DNA from: Clostridiales bacterium
GTDB taxonomy: Bacteria > Bacillota > Clostridia > Christensenellales > DTU072
Assembly (NCBI GenBank): GCA_012800525.1
Contig: JAAZJD010000004.1
Span: 10,728-74,727 of the forward strand
DNA length: 64,000 nucleotides
Direction: 5' to 3'
Below are positions 47,681 through 56,306 of the stretch, piece by piece. A program made the position numbers and the translations under genes. Each line of letters begins with the position of its first letter. Positions within the stretch are counted from its first letter, which is position 1. The notes under the pieces are model-generated. The model ran no database searches. It saw only the letters and a program-made list of their open reading frames with translations, and was not told where the DNA came from.

Positions 47681-48685
47681 ATGCGCAATTTATATGAACA
47701 AAGAAGAATAACCATTCCGATAATAGCAGCTATACTCATGGCTATTATTTATGCTGTACTTGTTACATTTTTGTTTGCACCCGTTTGGAATCAAAAATTT
47801 ACTATTGGACCTTTAGGGATGTATGACTTTTTTGATGAAGTTCAAGAAATTGATGAATGGGAAGTTGATGAAGGCGAATTTTTGACTTACTACCCTGCTG
47901 GTAGTAGAATCTTTTATACTAAAATCAATGTTTCTGAATTACAAAAAAATGATGTTTTTGCTTATATAGAAACTGATGCAAGTAATAAGAAAGTTATAAG
48001 AACTCAAATTTTTATAGATATGGTTGAGTATGATGATGAAGCAACACTATATTACTCCCATGACTTAGATTCAATGGATGTAAATTCTTACACTATTAAC
48101 TCTGGCAACTTTTTAGGAAGAGTTAATGGAAGTTTAGGAAAAATTGGTTCTATCGTTAAATTGGTTTCAACCCCTTCTTGGCTACTATATATAATTTTAA
48201 TCGTTTTAGCAGTAATTATGATTGGTATTCCAATTGGTATTACTGTTTATAGAATTCATATTAGAAATTTAGGAAGTCCTTTTCCCGAAGGTGTTGACAA
48301 AACAAAGCTATCTACTGAAAATTTATATATATATTTAAATATTAAAGAATTTTTACAAAGTGCCAAAATGGTAATTAAAAATGGATATGATTGTGACCTT
48401 GTATATGCAGCAGGTATTTTATTTGCTGTCTTGCATTGCACAAATGGAAATATATATCTAAACATCAATAAAGATTTTACAAGACACGATTCAAGACTTG
48501 ATAGATCTGGATATATATGTATACCCCATGTAGCAAATCTTGATGCAGCAAAAAGAAGAATTAATAGTATGTATCGTGCATATTTTGCTGACATGGTTGA
48601 GCGTAGGGTTCAAAATGCTAGAATGAAGAGAATGAGAGAAAACCAAATGCAAAAGCGACGTGCACAAATGCAAAGAAGAGGTTAA
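47681..48685 (+). CDS. hypothetical bitopic membrane protein with a basic Q/R/M-rich C-terminal tail
   Basis: 334 aa with two TM segments (IPIIAAILMAIIYAVLVTFLF and WLLYIILIVLAVIMIGIPIGITV) flanking a ~140-aa outward domain. No Shine-Dalgarno is visible. TATAAT ends 9 nt before the ATG, so the transcript may be near-leaderless. No family was recognised. Confidence 0.6.
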   Translation: MRNLYEQRRITIPIIAAILMAIIYAVLVTFLFAPVWNQKFTIGPLGMYDFFDEVQEIDEWEVDEGEFLTYYPAGSRIFYTKINVSELQKNDVFAYIETDASNKKVIRTQIFIDMVEYDDEATLYYSHDLDSMDVNSYTINSGNFLGRVNGSLGKIGSIVKLVSTPSWLLYIILIVLAVIMIGIPIGITVYRIHIRNLGSPFPEGVDKTKLSTENLYIYLNIKEFLQSAKMVIKNGYDCDLVYAAGILFAVLHCTNGNIYLNINKDFTRHDSRLDRSGYICIPHVANLDAAKRRINSMYRAYFADMVERRVQNARMKRMRENQMQKRRAQMQRRG

Positions 48686-48708
48686 GATTTAATAACTTAT
48701 AAACGCAA

Positions 48709-48736
48709 ATGACTCCGATAAACGGAGTCATTTTTG
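48709..48736. terminator. bidirectional terminator between convergent genes
   Basis: 9-bp stem ATGACTCCG / CGGAGTCAT with a 5-nt loop. It is followed by TTTT on the plus strand and by TTGCGTTT on the minus strand. Confidence 0.8.
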
Positions 48737-48756
48737 ATTATATATAGACTGCAGAT

Positions 48757-49341
48757 TTACTCTAATTCATCTAAAGTTAAATCATAGCTTGGTGCAAAAA
48801 CTTGCATAAAATATTTAACTTCTTCACTTTTGATTTTATCGATTAAAGCCTTATTTGATTTTAAAGCTTTTGAAAATTCACGATTGCCAAACTTAACTTC
48901 TTCAACACATTTTAAGTAAGCTGCAATTCTATCTGCAGATTTTACTATTTCATACTCAATACTATTTTTATCTGGGAAAAGATTTGCTTGCATTTCAGGT
49001 TTAAGCTCTTCTGGAAGCATTTGTAGCAACTTATTGCTTGCAACACCCTCAAGACTTTTATATGCCTTTTTAATATCTTCATTAAAATATTTAATTGGTG
49101 TTGGCAAATCCCCTGTTATTACCTCTGAACAATCGTGATAAATTGCAAGCGTTGAACATTTGTCAACATCTACATCTTTGCCGAAAATATTTTTTGCTAT
49201 AATTGCAAGTGCATGAGAAATTTGTGCAACCATTGCACTATGCTCTAGAATATTTTCTTCTTGAGTAGATTTCATCAAGCTCCAGCGCTTAATGTATTTC
49301 ATCCTACCTAAATATGCAAAAAAGTTATATGTTTTACTCAT
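48757..49341 (-). CDS. yfbR: HD-domain 5'-deoxynucleotidase (YfbR-like)
   Basis: 194 aa. Motifs RWSLMKSTQEENILEHSAMVAQISHALA and YHDCSEVITGDLPTPIKY are typical of the YfbR family. Confidence 0.85.
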   Translation of the reverse strand: MSKTYNFFAYLGRMKYIKRWSLMKSTQEENILEHSAMVAQISHALAIIAKNIFGKDVDVDKCSTLAIYHDCSEVITGDLPTPIKYFNEDIKKAYKSLEGVASNKLLQMLPEELKPEMQANLFPDKNSIEYEIVKSADRIAAYLKCVEEVKFGNREFSKALKSNKALIDKIKSEEVKYFMQVFAPSYDLTLDELE

Positions 49342-49525
49342 AATATTTAATTATTCCTAGTATATAGATTTTATATTTTACTCTCAGTATATAATTTTAT
49401 AATTTACTCCCTTATATAGTATATTTGACGATTTTATATTTAGGGTAATTTACTCCCGTATGAATTTTTTTGACTTGCAGTATTATGATTTTTTCAAATA
49501 TATCATTATACTTTGTGGGTATGTT

Positions 49526-50140
49526 TTAGGTATGTTTAACCAATATTCTAAGAAGGCTATCCATTGCTAAGTCTGCAACGTCAGCTGTTCTATTTAAGTG
49601 ACGATATATTTCCCTATACTTAAATATCATATTAAAGTCATCTGCATCAAATAATGCAGCTAGTGCTTTAACAGTTAGAGTTCCTACTTGGTTTTCAAGT
49701 CCTTTAACATAAATTGCTTCATCTTCAGCTATAGAAGGATTCTTTTCCATGTGTGATATCGCTAAAATTATATGTTCTGTCATATTTAATAAAACTGCAG
49801 TAACTTCAACCATTTCTTCATTAGGAGTAATTCCAAAGAGCCTTATTTCATCTACTGAAGTTTTTGCATAATCTAAAACCTCATCTAAGTTACTAGATAA
49901 TTTAAATAAGTCTTCTCTGTCAATTGGAGTTATAAAAGTTTTATCAATTTCATCAATCAAAACTCTTCTTGCCATATCACCTTCAAGCTCAGCTTTTATG
50001 ACTTCATCAGCTGTTTCTTCATCTTTATATAAACAGTACTCATGAAGAAGTTTCATGCCGTTTCTCACTATACGAGCCTGTCTTGTAAGCATGTCAAAAA
50101 AACTATCTTGTTTTTTGTTTTTCTTAAAAAACTTTATCAT
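49526..50140 (-). CDS. DUF47 family (PhoU-like) phosphate-transport accessory protein
   Basis: 204 aa, all-helical. The N-terminus is FFDMLTRQARIVRNGMKLL...E.E.D, with a C-terminal DVADLAMDSLLRILVK. It neighbours a PiT transporter gene. RBS AAGGGGGA is present. Confidence 0.8.
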   Translation of the reverse strand: MIKFFKKNKKQDSFFDMLTRQARIVRNGMKLLHEYCLYKDEETADEVIKAELEGDMARRVLIDEIDKTFITPIDREDLFKLSSNLDEVLDYAKTSVDEIRLFGITPNEEMVEVTAVLLNMTEHIILAISHMEKNPSIAEDEAIYVKGLENQVGTLTVKALAALFDADDFNMIFKYREIYRHLNRTADVADLAMDSLLRILVKHT

Positions 50141-50158
50141 AATAAATCCCCCTTATCA

Positions 50159-50400
50159 ATTTGAGATATTATATTTTTATCTGTGCTACATTAATTTAAA
50201 TTACCTGCGTTGTATGTGATTTTAGTAGCATGCTAGTTTTATATTTTATTTGCCAAATGTAAGAGAAATGAAATCTAGTCATTTGAGCTTATATTTTTTA
50301 TCTGTGCTACATTAATTTGCAAGTTTTCACTTTGTGTGCGGGAATTAGTAGCATACTAGTTTTATATTTTGTTTTGCAAATTGCAATATATCAAGACCTA
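50159..50400. repeat. two tandem copies of a ~122-bp unit between the PiT and DUF47 genes
   Basis: Both copies start with ATTTGAG (50159 and 50281). They share TATATTTTT(T)ATCTGTGCTACATTAATTT and TTAGTAGCAT(G/A)CTAGTTTTATATTTT. Each copy carries the inverted pair TGCTAC...GTAGCA about 38 nt apart. Confidence 0.85.
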
Positions 50401-50420
50401 TTAATATTTAATATTTGAAA

Positions 50421-51494
50421 TTATACTTTTAATATTAATTTGCCAATTATCATATATGCAGTTGCACCTATGGCCATTGCAATAGGCATAGTTAAAGTCC
50501 AGCCAATGGTAATTTTACCAGCCGTTGTCCAATTAACAGCCTTTATTCTATCTGCAGCTCCTGTTCCAATAACAGCTGCTGTCATAGCTTGTCCCATACC
50601 AAGGGGAATACCTGTTAAGTTACCTGTCATAGTTATTGTGCTTGTAGTTAGCTGTGCAACAACTGAATGTAATGGCTCAACTTTGTATAACTTTCTTCCA
50701 ATAGTTCTCATTATACTATATCCGCCTCTTAACATTCCAAGCATCAAGGCCCCACCAACACCTGCGACAACCCCAAAAGGCATATTCGAAAACTCAGTGA
50801 AATCTAATAACCCTATAGATGCCATTAAAAAAGCTATACCAAGTGATTTTTGACCGTTATTAGAAGCAAATGCACTAGTTAAAATGACAAAGTTAATCTT
50901 TTGCACATTTATTAAAACACCATCAACTCTTCTACTAGCTCGCCAAAGCCATCGCTTTGCTAGTTTCATTAAGATATAGCTTAAAAGCATGCTGACTGCA
51001 GGTGCAATTAAGATCATTCCAAAAACATCAAGCAAAACCGACTCTTTCCATTGCAAACAGTTAAGTGTGCTAAATGCTGCAACAGCGGCACCAAAAACAC
51101 CACCAAGTAATGTGTGAGAAACCGAAATAGGAACCTTTGTTTTAAATGAAATAATTGCCCAAATCATCGAACCTAATAAGCCAGAAAACATAAAGGCAAA
51201 TGCCATTTTTTCTGTGTTAATTGTATCAAAGTAATGAGGATAAATCATTTTTGTCCCAATGTTGCTTGCAATACTTGCTGTAGAAATTCCTCTTTTTGCA
51301 AGAAGCCACATGCCTACAGGAACTAAAAAATTAATAAGGGCAGATAAAAAGATGGCAGGTCTAACCTTAATTGCTCTAGTTGCAACTGTAGTAGCTATAG
51401 CGTTAGAACCCCCATTAAACCCCATATAAAAGGTATAGGCGAGTAACATTAAAAAAACTATAATGCTGTAAGCACTCATTCCCCAACCACCCAT
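50421..51494 (-). CDS. inorganic phosphate transporter, PiT family
   Basis: 357 aa, polytopic. The N-terminal GFNGGSNAIATTVATRAI matches the PHO4/PiT G-x-N-D/G-x-x-N signature region, and a related internal repeat lies in the second half. The start is uncertain between 51494 and the ATG 15 nt downstream (MSAYSII). Confidence 0.8.
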   Translation of the reverse strand: MGGWGMSAYSIIVFLMLLAYTFYMGFNGGSNAIATTVATRAIKVRPAIFLSALINFLVPVGMWLLAKRGISTASIASNIGTKMIYPHYFDTINTEKMAFAFMFSGLLGSMIWAIISFKTKVPISVSHTLLGGVFGAAVAAFSTLNCLQWKESVLLDVFGMILIAPAVSMLLSYILMKLAKRWLWRASRRVDGVLINVQKINFVILTSAFASNNGQKSLGIAFLMASIGLLDFTEFSNMPFGVVAGVGGALMLGMLRGGYSIMRTIGRKLYKVEPLHSVVAQLTTSTITMTGNLTGIPLGMGQAMTAAVIGTGAADRIKAVNWTTAGKITIGWTLTMPIAMAIGATAYMIIGKLILKV

Positions 51495-51626
51495 CCTTTA
51501 TTATAATAATATTTTATAATATAGTATTATACCCCCTAATAGCTAAGTAGTCAATATGTAATTTTCATTTTATACACTAAATTTTCAATATTTTTACCCT
51601 ATTAGTCCAATTTATATCTTTATATA

Positions 51627-51658
51627 CAAAAAATAACCCCTCCGTTTAAAGAGGGGTT
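51627..51658 (-). terminator. rho-independent terminator of the 475-aa membrane-protein gene
   Basis: 8-bp GC-rich stem AACCCCTC / GAGGGGTT (51635-51642 and 51651-51658). It is flanked by A/T runs on both sides and followed by ATTTTTTG on the minus strand. Confidence 0.8.
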
Positions 51659-51677
51659 TTGTGTTTTTTTAGTTTGC

Positions 51678-53105
51678 TTAATAGAGCCTTCGGTTTCTAT
51701 CTCTTGTCGCAGACATCTGTGCTCTTTGATACGGTGTAGCACGTGGATTAAACTCTTGTCTATAGTAGCCTGCATGTGGATTTGGTCCCATCTGTGGACG
51801 AGGAGCATAAGGATGTGCTGGTTGTGCCACTGGGCGCCTACCATAAGGACCTTGCATCATCTGAGCATTTCCTTCCTCACCATCTTTATCTTTTGCATAT
51901 TCACTATATCTTAGTGCTCCAACTGCAACAGCTGTAAACATCAACCAAGAACCTAAAATGTATAACCATTGCCTTGCTGGGAATAAAGATATAACTGCAA
52001 ACAATAAGTTATTACTATTTAACCATGCTGAATGCATATATCCATGCATACCCCTTGTTGTAGTAGATGAAGCTAGAGATAGTTTTGCGGAAGCAGCATC
52101 AGAAAGATCAACAGTTACATAAAGTGGTGCTCCAACAACATCATCAGTCGCTAAAGCTGAATTTAAGTTTGTTAAAATAGGAACTACTTGTTCGCTTATA
52201 GCTGTAACAACAATATTTAACATCATATTTGCTGCATCTTCTCCACCAAGAGCATCTACTAAAATATCACCAAGACCAATGTCCATTGCCCCACCTTGCA
52301 TATCTAAAACTGACCAAGTAACTGGTGCATTTTCATCTGTTCTTGCCTCTTTTGTAGCAAATTTAGATGGAGTCTTTTTTGTTACTAAAACATTGGGTGT
52401 AACATGATATATCAAATAAAATTCTTTTGGTTCAACTGGCTCTCCGTTAGCAACTTCTCTTTTGTTAATAACTAAGTGAACAAGAGTTGGTATAGTCATT
52501 CTTCCACCATCAGCAAAACTAATCCATGGACCATTGCTAGTAAAAGTTACATACCCATTAGAATCAATGGATGTGAAGTTTTTATGTATAAGCTCTCTTA
52601 CTTGCTCATTTCTATAGCCCTCAGCTACATAAGCTTCTTTTTCTGCTTCAGAATATTCCCCTTCTACCCATTTTAGATTTTCTATATCGTAGTTCATCTT
52701 AATAAAGTTATCTAAAAGATCACCATGCTCATTTGCTTTGTAAATATAGTCTTCTTGAACTTTATCAAATTTAACTGTTCCTGATGTTGCATCATCTAAA
52801 ATCCCTGGCAATGGAATGTCTATAACCAACCAAAGTCCAGCTGTAAAAATAAATGCTACAACTAATAAGGCGACAGTTCCTTTGAAAATACTCTTCTTAT
52901 TAGCCCTCTTTTTTGCAGATCTACCTGTGATTACAAATGTGATTATGAAAACTAAACAAAATACACCAGCAAGAATAGTTCCTACAAAAGGCCAAATACC
53001 ATATGATATTCCTCTTTCATAAATTACAAGGCTAGAAACAACAATTACTGCAAGTATTGCTGGTGCCCCTAGTATGAATAATAATGTTTTTAAAACTTTT
53101 TTCAT
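51678..53105 (-). CDS. hypothetical polytopic membrane protein with a P/Q/R/Y-rich C-terminal tail
   Basis: 475 aa. Three N-terminal TM segments, a ~260-aa extracytoplasmic domain, one or two C-terminal TM segments, then the low-complexity tail GPYGRRPVAQPAHPYAPRPQMGPNPHAGYY. No family was recognised. Confidence 0.65.
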   Translation of the reverse strand: MKKVLKTLLFILGAPAILAVIVVSSLVIYERGISYGIWPFVGTILAGVFCLVFIITFVITGRSAKKRANKKSIFKGTVALLVVAFIFTAGLWLVIDIPLPGILDDATSGTVKFDKVQEDYIYKANEHGDLLDNFIKMNYDIENLKWVEGEYSEAEKEAYVAEGYRNEQVRELIHKNFTSIDSNGYVTFTSNGPWISFADGGRMTIPTLVHLVINKREVANGEPVEPKEFYLIYHVTPNVLVTKKTPSKFATKEARTDENAPVTWSVLDMQGGAMDIGLGDILVDALGGEDAANMMLNIVVTAISEQVVPILTNLNSALATDDVVGAPLYVTVDLSDAASAKLSLASSTTTRGMHGYMHSAWLNSNNLLFAVISLFPARQWLYILGSWLMFTAVAVGALRYSEYAKDKDGEEGNAQMMQGPYGRRPVAQPAHPYAPRPQMGPNPHAGYYRQEFNPRATPYQRAQMSATRDRNRRLY

Positions 53106-53119
53106 CTTTCTTTCCCCCT

Positions 53120-54709
53120 TTAGGCTTCAACTGGCTTTAGCTTTTTGTAATTGTTATCAATTAGTTGGGTAAATGCATAAGTCAACATTAAGCAGAAAAA
53201 TGCAAGTGCACCAAACTTTAACACATAAGCTCTTGTGAGTAATAGCGGATAATACGTATGCCCATACTTATCAAAATTATCAAAGTACTTTAATTCTTCT
53301 TCTATTTGACTTGCCGATGGAGCAGGTGCGCCGCTAGAATCTAAAGTTATCTTACCAACATTTAGAGCAACTCCTGGTGCATTTGACATTGGTGAAGGTA
53401 TTAATACACTACCTATGATAGCACCGTGTTTTTGCCCATAATATTTAGCATATGCATAATCTTTTAAAGCTTGATTTTCAATAAAGTACATAATTGGATA
53501 TGTGGTAGATGATTGATAGTAGCTCAAATTAGAAAGTAATTTGTAAACAAAATCCGTTGTTAATGTATCTGCAATAGGTACACCAAATAACTCTGTTGTT
53601 CCTGCATCATCAAATAAAGGCTTTATAGTATTAGTCCATAAATTCTTATCGTTAACGAAATCTACAAACTTTTGCAAATTTAAATCTGCAGTCATCATAG
53701 CTGGCAATTCACCAAGAACACCTACAATAACTCCTAGTATCCCTTCACCACCGGAAGGTAAAAATCCAGCAACTGTTCCAATCAATGTTTCAAATTCTGG
53801 AGTATTTTCTGCTGATAAAGCATTACCTAGTTGTCCTAGAAGAGCATCTAATCTTTGGGGTGTCAAATAAAACTTTGTTGCTGTTCCATCTGGACCATAA
53901 GCATCTTCATACTCTGTATTTGATACAATATATTCAAAACCTTCCAAACTTATGCTTGAAGAACCAGCCTTATATTTATTCCAATTAGAATTTACATCTG
54001 TTTCTAATGCTTCAATTTCTTCACGAAGTAACTCATCAGCGGTTTTTTTCGCTGTGTTATCTAAACCCTCAACTTCATTTTTTGAGATTTTACTTCCAAG
54101 GATATAGTAGTCATACAGTATTTTTCTAACATCGTTTACACCAAAAATATAACCATCTGCATACATTCCATTTGGTTTATAGGAAGCGCCATCTTTTTCA
54201 ACAACATCAGCACCATCCGTATTTCCGCCCTTTCTTGCTCCTTCATACCCTTCTAAGTTATATCTTTTAATCCATTCATCGACTTTGTCAGCATAACCTT
54301 TGAGTTCATCTTCATAATAGGTTGCGGCTCTTTCGTAACTCAATATTTCGGTCCCATTTTCTGCCTTGATATCTTCACGTATCTTTTCATACTTAGATTT
54401 TCCAATGGTGTCTAATGAAACAACTGAACCTACTATAAGTACAGCAGCTATGAGACCTACAATTGCAGCTCTTGCTAAACGATTTTTCCTAAGTGTGCCT
54501 CTAACAATTAATTGCACTATTGAAACAACAACAAATATTCCAAGTACAATCAAGACAGGAAGCCAAGCAATTAATTTTGAGGCAGATGGATCATCTCTCA
54601 AAACTCTTGAGGCATTCCAAGTCAAAAAGATTAATAGAGGAAAACTTAAGAAATAAGCTAGAACTTGAAAAAATCTAGAAACAGTAATCTTTCTTCTAAT
54701 CTTGTTCAT
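53120..54709 (-). CDS. hypothetical polytopic membrane protein
   Basis: 529 aa. Three N-terminal TM segments, a ~380-aa extracytoplasmic domain and a C-terminal TM (FGALAFFCLMLTYAF). It lies 14 nt upstream of the 475-aa gene, which has the same topology. No family was recognised. Confidence 0.65.
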   Translation of the reverse strand: MNKIRRKITVSRFFQVLAYFLSFPLLIFLTWNASRVLRDDPSASKLIAWLPVLIVLGIFVVVSIVQLIVRGTLRKNRLARAAIVGLIAAVLIVGSVVSLDTIGKSKYEKIREDIKAENGTEILSYERAATYYEDELKGYADKVDEWIKRYNLEGYEGARKGGNTDGADVVEKDGASYKPNGMYADGYIFGVNDVRKILYDYYILGSKISKNEVEGLDNTAKKTADELLREEIEALETDVNSNWNKYKAGSSSISLEGFEYIVSNTEYEDAYGPDGTATKFYLTPQRLDALLGQLGNALSAENTPEFETLIGTVAGFLPSGGEGILGVIVGVLGELPAMMTADLNLQKFVDFVNDKNLWTNTIKPLFDDAGTTELFGVPIADTLTTDFVYKLLSNLSYYQSSTTYPIMYFIENQALKDYAYAKYYGQKHGAIIGSVLIPSPMSNAPGVALNVGKITLDSSGAPAPSASQIEEELKYFDNFDKYGHTYYPLLLTRAYVLKFGALAFFCLMLTYAFTQLIDNNYKKLKPVEA

Positions 54710-54947
54710 AATCTTATCTCTCTCCTACAAAAAACTTAAGTAGCCTTTTATATATTAGGCAATACTTATAGTAATTATATTATACTAAAAATCTAGTGTC
54801 AATAGAGAAATCGTTAAATAAATTTAGGCTTAGAAAACCATTTTAAAGCATAAAAACTATATTTTAAAACTTAAAGTTTAGGATACAAAACTATATAATT
54901 TGTATTCCGTAAATGACAATAATTCGCTATTATATAAATCTTGAAAT

Positions 54948-54981
54948 ATTAAAAAAGATTAGATTTTAAGCCTAATCTTTT
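54948..54981 (-). terminator. rho-independent terminator of the APH-like gene
   Basis: Minus strand reads AAAGATTAG-GCTTAAAAT-CTAATCTTT followed by TTTAATATTT. Confidence 0.75.
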
Positions 54982-55011
54982 GTTTGTAAGTTATAAATAT
55001 GATGGAATTTT

Positions 55012-55995
55012 TTATTCAGTTATTTGAACCTTTTCTAAGAATCTAAGTGCTTCAGATATCATAATGCGACCTTCAATTCTTTTATAAATATATTTTTGTG
55101 TACCCATTCTCCATTTCAAAATTGGATAAATCAATGCTTTCAAACCAAGATATAATTTCATAAAATTTCTTCTAGTATTAAAGTTTTTATCTATTGTGAT
55201 TGGATTCACGCTTAAATATCCTCTCATAAAGCTTTTATTATTCAAGGTGCCACGAATGGGATTTAATCTAACAAAATCCGTAGCTAAATCACCCCACATG
55301 ACATTTTCCCATCCCGAAAAAGCCAAAAATTTTGTTCCGTTTTGAGCAACATAAATATTTCCTTTCCAAATAGCAACATGTATCAAAGAAGGCTCTACAT
55401 CTTCTAGTAGTGAATCTAATTTGCTAATTACTGAATATATTCTATTTGTATCAACGAGAACATTTTTAACTGTGAGCTCTGATATAATGTCATCAATTAT
55501 TTTTTTGTAAGCACCTGACCATGAATGCTCTATACCTATTTTTTCAGATCCATAGCCTATCCCTTTGATTTTATGAACTTTTGCAAGTTGCTCGCCAACT
55601 TGATACATTATTGCTTTTCTCTCTCTTATTGTAGGAAGTTTCTTCTTATATGGAATTCCCTCTACTTCTACAACTAAAAAATTCACATCAATATGCTTTT
55701 TAGTAACATCAGAATAAACTATTTTTTGATATGCAGTAACATCAGATGTTTCTAATGATTTATATAAAGAAAGTTCATTGACTATTGCATCTTGGCTAAC
55801 TTTATCATGCTTAATATTTCGGAGTGAAGCTTTGATAAAATAATTTTTATCTTCTACACTTACAGCATGCACACTAATATCAAAGCTAGCAGTCTTAAAA
55901 GTAATTGAGGTGGGATTTCCAAGTCCTATCGCCACGAACAATTCCTTGACTTCATAATTAGATATAATAGCGTTTGAGTCTATATTTGGTATCAC
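55012..55995 (-). CDS. aminoglycoside/choline-kinase-like (APH fold) protein lacking both catalytic aspartates (predicted pseudokinase)
   Basis: 327 aa. The Brenner-like region reads LIHVAIWKGNIYV where the family has HGDLHxxN. The metal-binding region reads FSGWENVMWGDLATDF where the family has IDWExxxxGDPxxD. Confidence 0.6.
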   Translation of the reverse strand: MIPNIDSNAIISNYEVKELFVAIGLGNPTSITFKTASFDISVHAVSVEDKNYFIKASLRNIKHDKVSQDAIVNELSLYKSLETSDVTAYQKIVYSDVTKKHIDVNFLVVEVEGIPYKKKLPTIRERKAIMYQVGEQLAKVHKIKGIGYGSEKIGIEHSWSGAYKKIIDDIISELTVKNVLVDTNRIYSVISKLDSLLEDVEPSLIHVAIWKGNIYVAQNGTKFLAFSGWENVMWGDLATDFVRLNPIRGTLNNKSFMRGYLSVNPITIDKNFNTRRNFMKLYLGLKALIYPILKWRMGTQKYIYKRIEGRIMISEALRFLEKVQITE

Positions 55996-56099
55996 AATAT
56001 CCTCCTATTTTAATGTGAAAACTTTCTAATTTCTTCCTAATCTCTAGTTAATTTTATCAATAATCGCTCTTTTTTACAACTATTAGACACTATATGTAA

Positions 56100-56290
56100 C
56101 TTTAAGTTAGTTCTAATGTTAGTTTGTTAAATCTAATGTTACTTCTAAAGTTAGTTCTAGTTAATTCCCATCAAATTTTGCTATAAAAAGATCTCATAAG
56201 TTAGCTCTGATTAGTTCTAGTTAATTCCCATCAACTTTTACCATAAAAAATCTCCTAAAGTTAGCTTTATTGGTCCAACTTTTTGAGGAG
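56100..56290. repeat. cluster of short direct repeats, including a 60-bp-period duplication
   Basis: TTAGTTCTAGTTAATTCCCATCAA(A/C)TTTT(G/A)C(T/C)ATAAAAA occurs at 56151-56190 and again at 56211-56249. At least seven TTAG(T/C)T(C/T)T-like cores lie between 56106 and 56275. Confidence 0.8.
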
Positions 56291-56306
56291 CTTACTAAAT
56301 TCAACT

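Noticed and set aside
47681-48200. The outward domain of the 334-aa protein as a degenerate signal-peptidase (S26/SipW-like) fold
   Set aside because: The resemblance rests only on the position after a TM helix and a few beta-strand-like stretches. No SM-x-P/Ser-Lys or Ser-His motif can be aligned, so it is too weak to report as a call.
51620-51844. 74-aa minus-strand ORF overlapping the 3' end of the 475-aa gene
   Set aside because: It is an alternative frame of the P/Q/R-rich tail region, it runs through the terminator hairpin, and it has no independent start signals.
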